From Octopus sinensis (taxonomy: Eukaryota): a stretch of DNA of 64,000 nucleotides. Each line of letters opens with the position of its first letter. Positions within the stretch are counted from its first letter, which is position 1. Positions 63,540 to 64,000 of this stretch are shown piece after piece. The translations under genes were made by a program, and so were the position numbers. The notes under the pieces are model-generated. The model saw only the letters and a list, made by a program, of their open reading frames with translations. It did no database searches and was not told the DNA's origin. The stretch lies in assembly GCF_006345805.1 (NCBI RefSeq), contig NC_043005.1:4092001-4156000 (forward strand), read 5' to 3'.

Positions 63540-63757
63540 TTATTTATTCTCCTATCTAATTTAACACTGACTCCTTGACCACTCCCCCAAGTATGATTTT
63601 TTGCGCTATGCCTACCCCCAAAAAGTCCCCCACCAACACCCCTTTAAACCTGCCTAAATGTATAAATGCCAATACAATTCTTGTTAACTAGCTTCCTGAA
63701 GATTTCTCTTGAATGAAACAGTTCTAGTCCTGTAGAAGCTCCTTCTATATAATAAAT
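63540..63757 (+). mobile_element. Hammerhead-bearing repeat, right inverted arm
   Basis: Reverse complement of the left arm over 151 bp; cut off by (TA)n after 63757. Confidence 0.8.
63690..63740 (+). ncRNA. Type I hammerhead ribozyme
   Basis: Stem I AGCUUC/GAAGCU; CUGAAGA; stem II U.U + UUC/GAA with loop UCUU; GAAA; stem III ACAG/CUGU with loop UUCUAGUC; GUA cleavage triplet, cut after 63734. Confidence 0.75.
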
Positions 63758-63759
63758 AT

Positions 63760-63818
<59 letters not shown>

Positions 63819-64000
63819 ATATATATAAAGGCCTCCGTGCTTTGGGGACGTAACAAACACCATCGATCGTGGCCGTCCGGCAGCCTCATCTGGCACCTGT
63901 GTCGGTGGCACATAAAAACACCATCCGAGCGTGGCCGTCTGCCAGCCTCGTCTGGCACCTGCCAGCCTCATCTGGCACCTGTGTCGGTGGCACATAAAAA

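Overview
AT-rich, microsatellite-dense eukaryotic DNA. The SINE/LINE families resemble those of an octopus (coleoid cephalopod); this is inferred from recall, not from a search. I could not support any intact host protein-coding gene, rRNA, true tRNA or CRISPR array. The window is mostly nested mobile-element remnants: an RLE-type Hero-like LINE, an RTE LINE with an inverted 5' half, Dong/R4 and CR1-type LINEs, a rearranged Gypsy LTR remnant, Tc1/mariner fragments, hAT- and piggyBac-type MITEs, a Helitron stack and several tRNA-derived SINE families. There is also a ~4.9-kb satellite with a 30-bp unit (33352-38250), whose long ORFs are periodicity artefacts. The most interesting signal is RNA-level. 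A complete type I hammerhead ribozyme fold occurs twice, once per strand, inside identical 151-bp inverted arms (62330-62480 and 63607-63757). A second, minimal Penelope-type hammerhead sits at the 3' end of a tRNA-headed SINE (15282-15327), and further degenerate hammerhead-like motifs occur in other repeat families. These families recur as head-to-head fold-backs. All folds were derived by eye; activity is untested and many coordinates of degenerate repeats are approximate.
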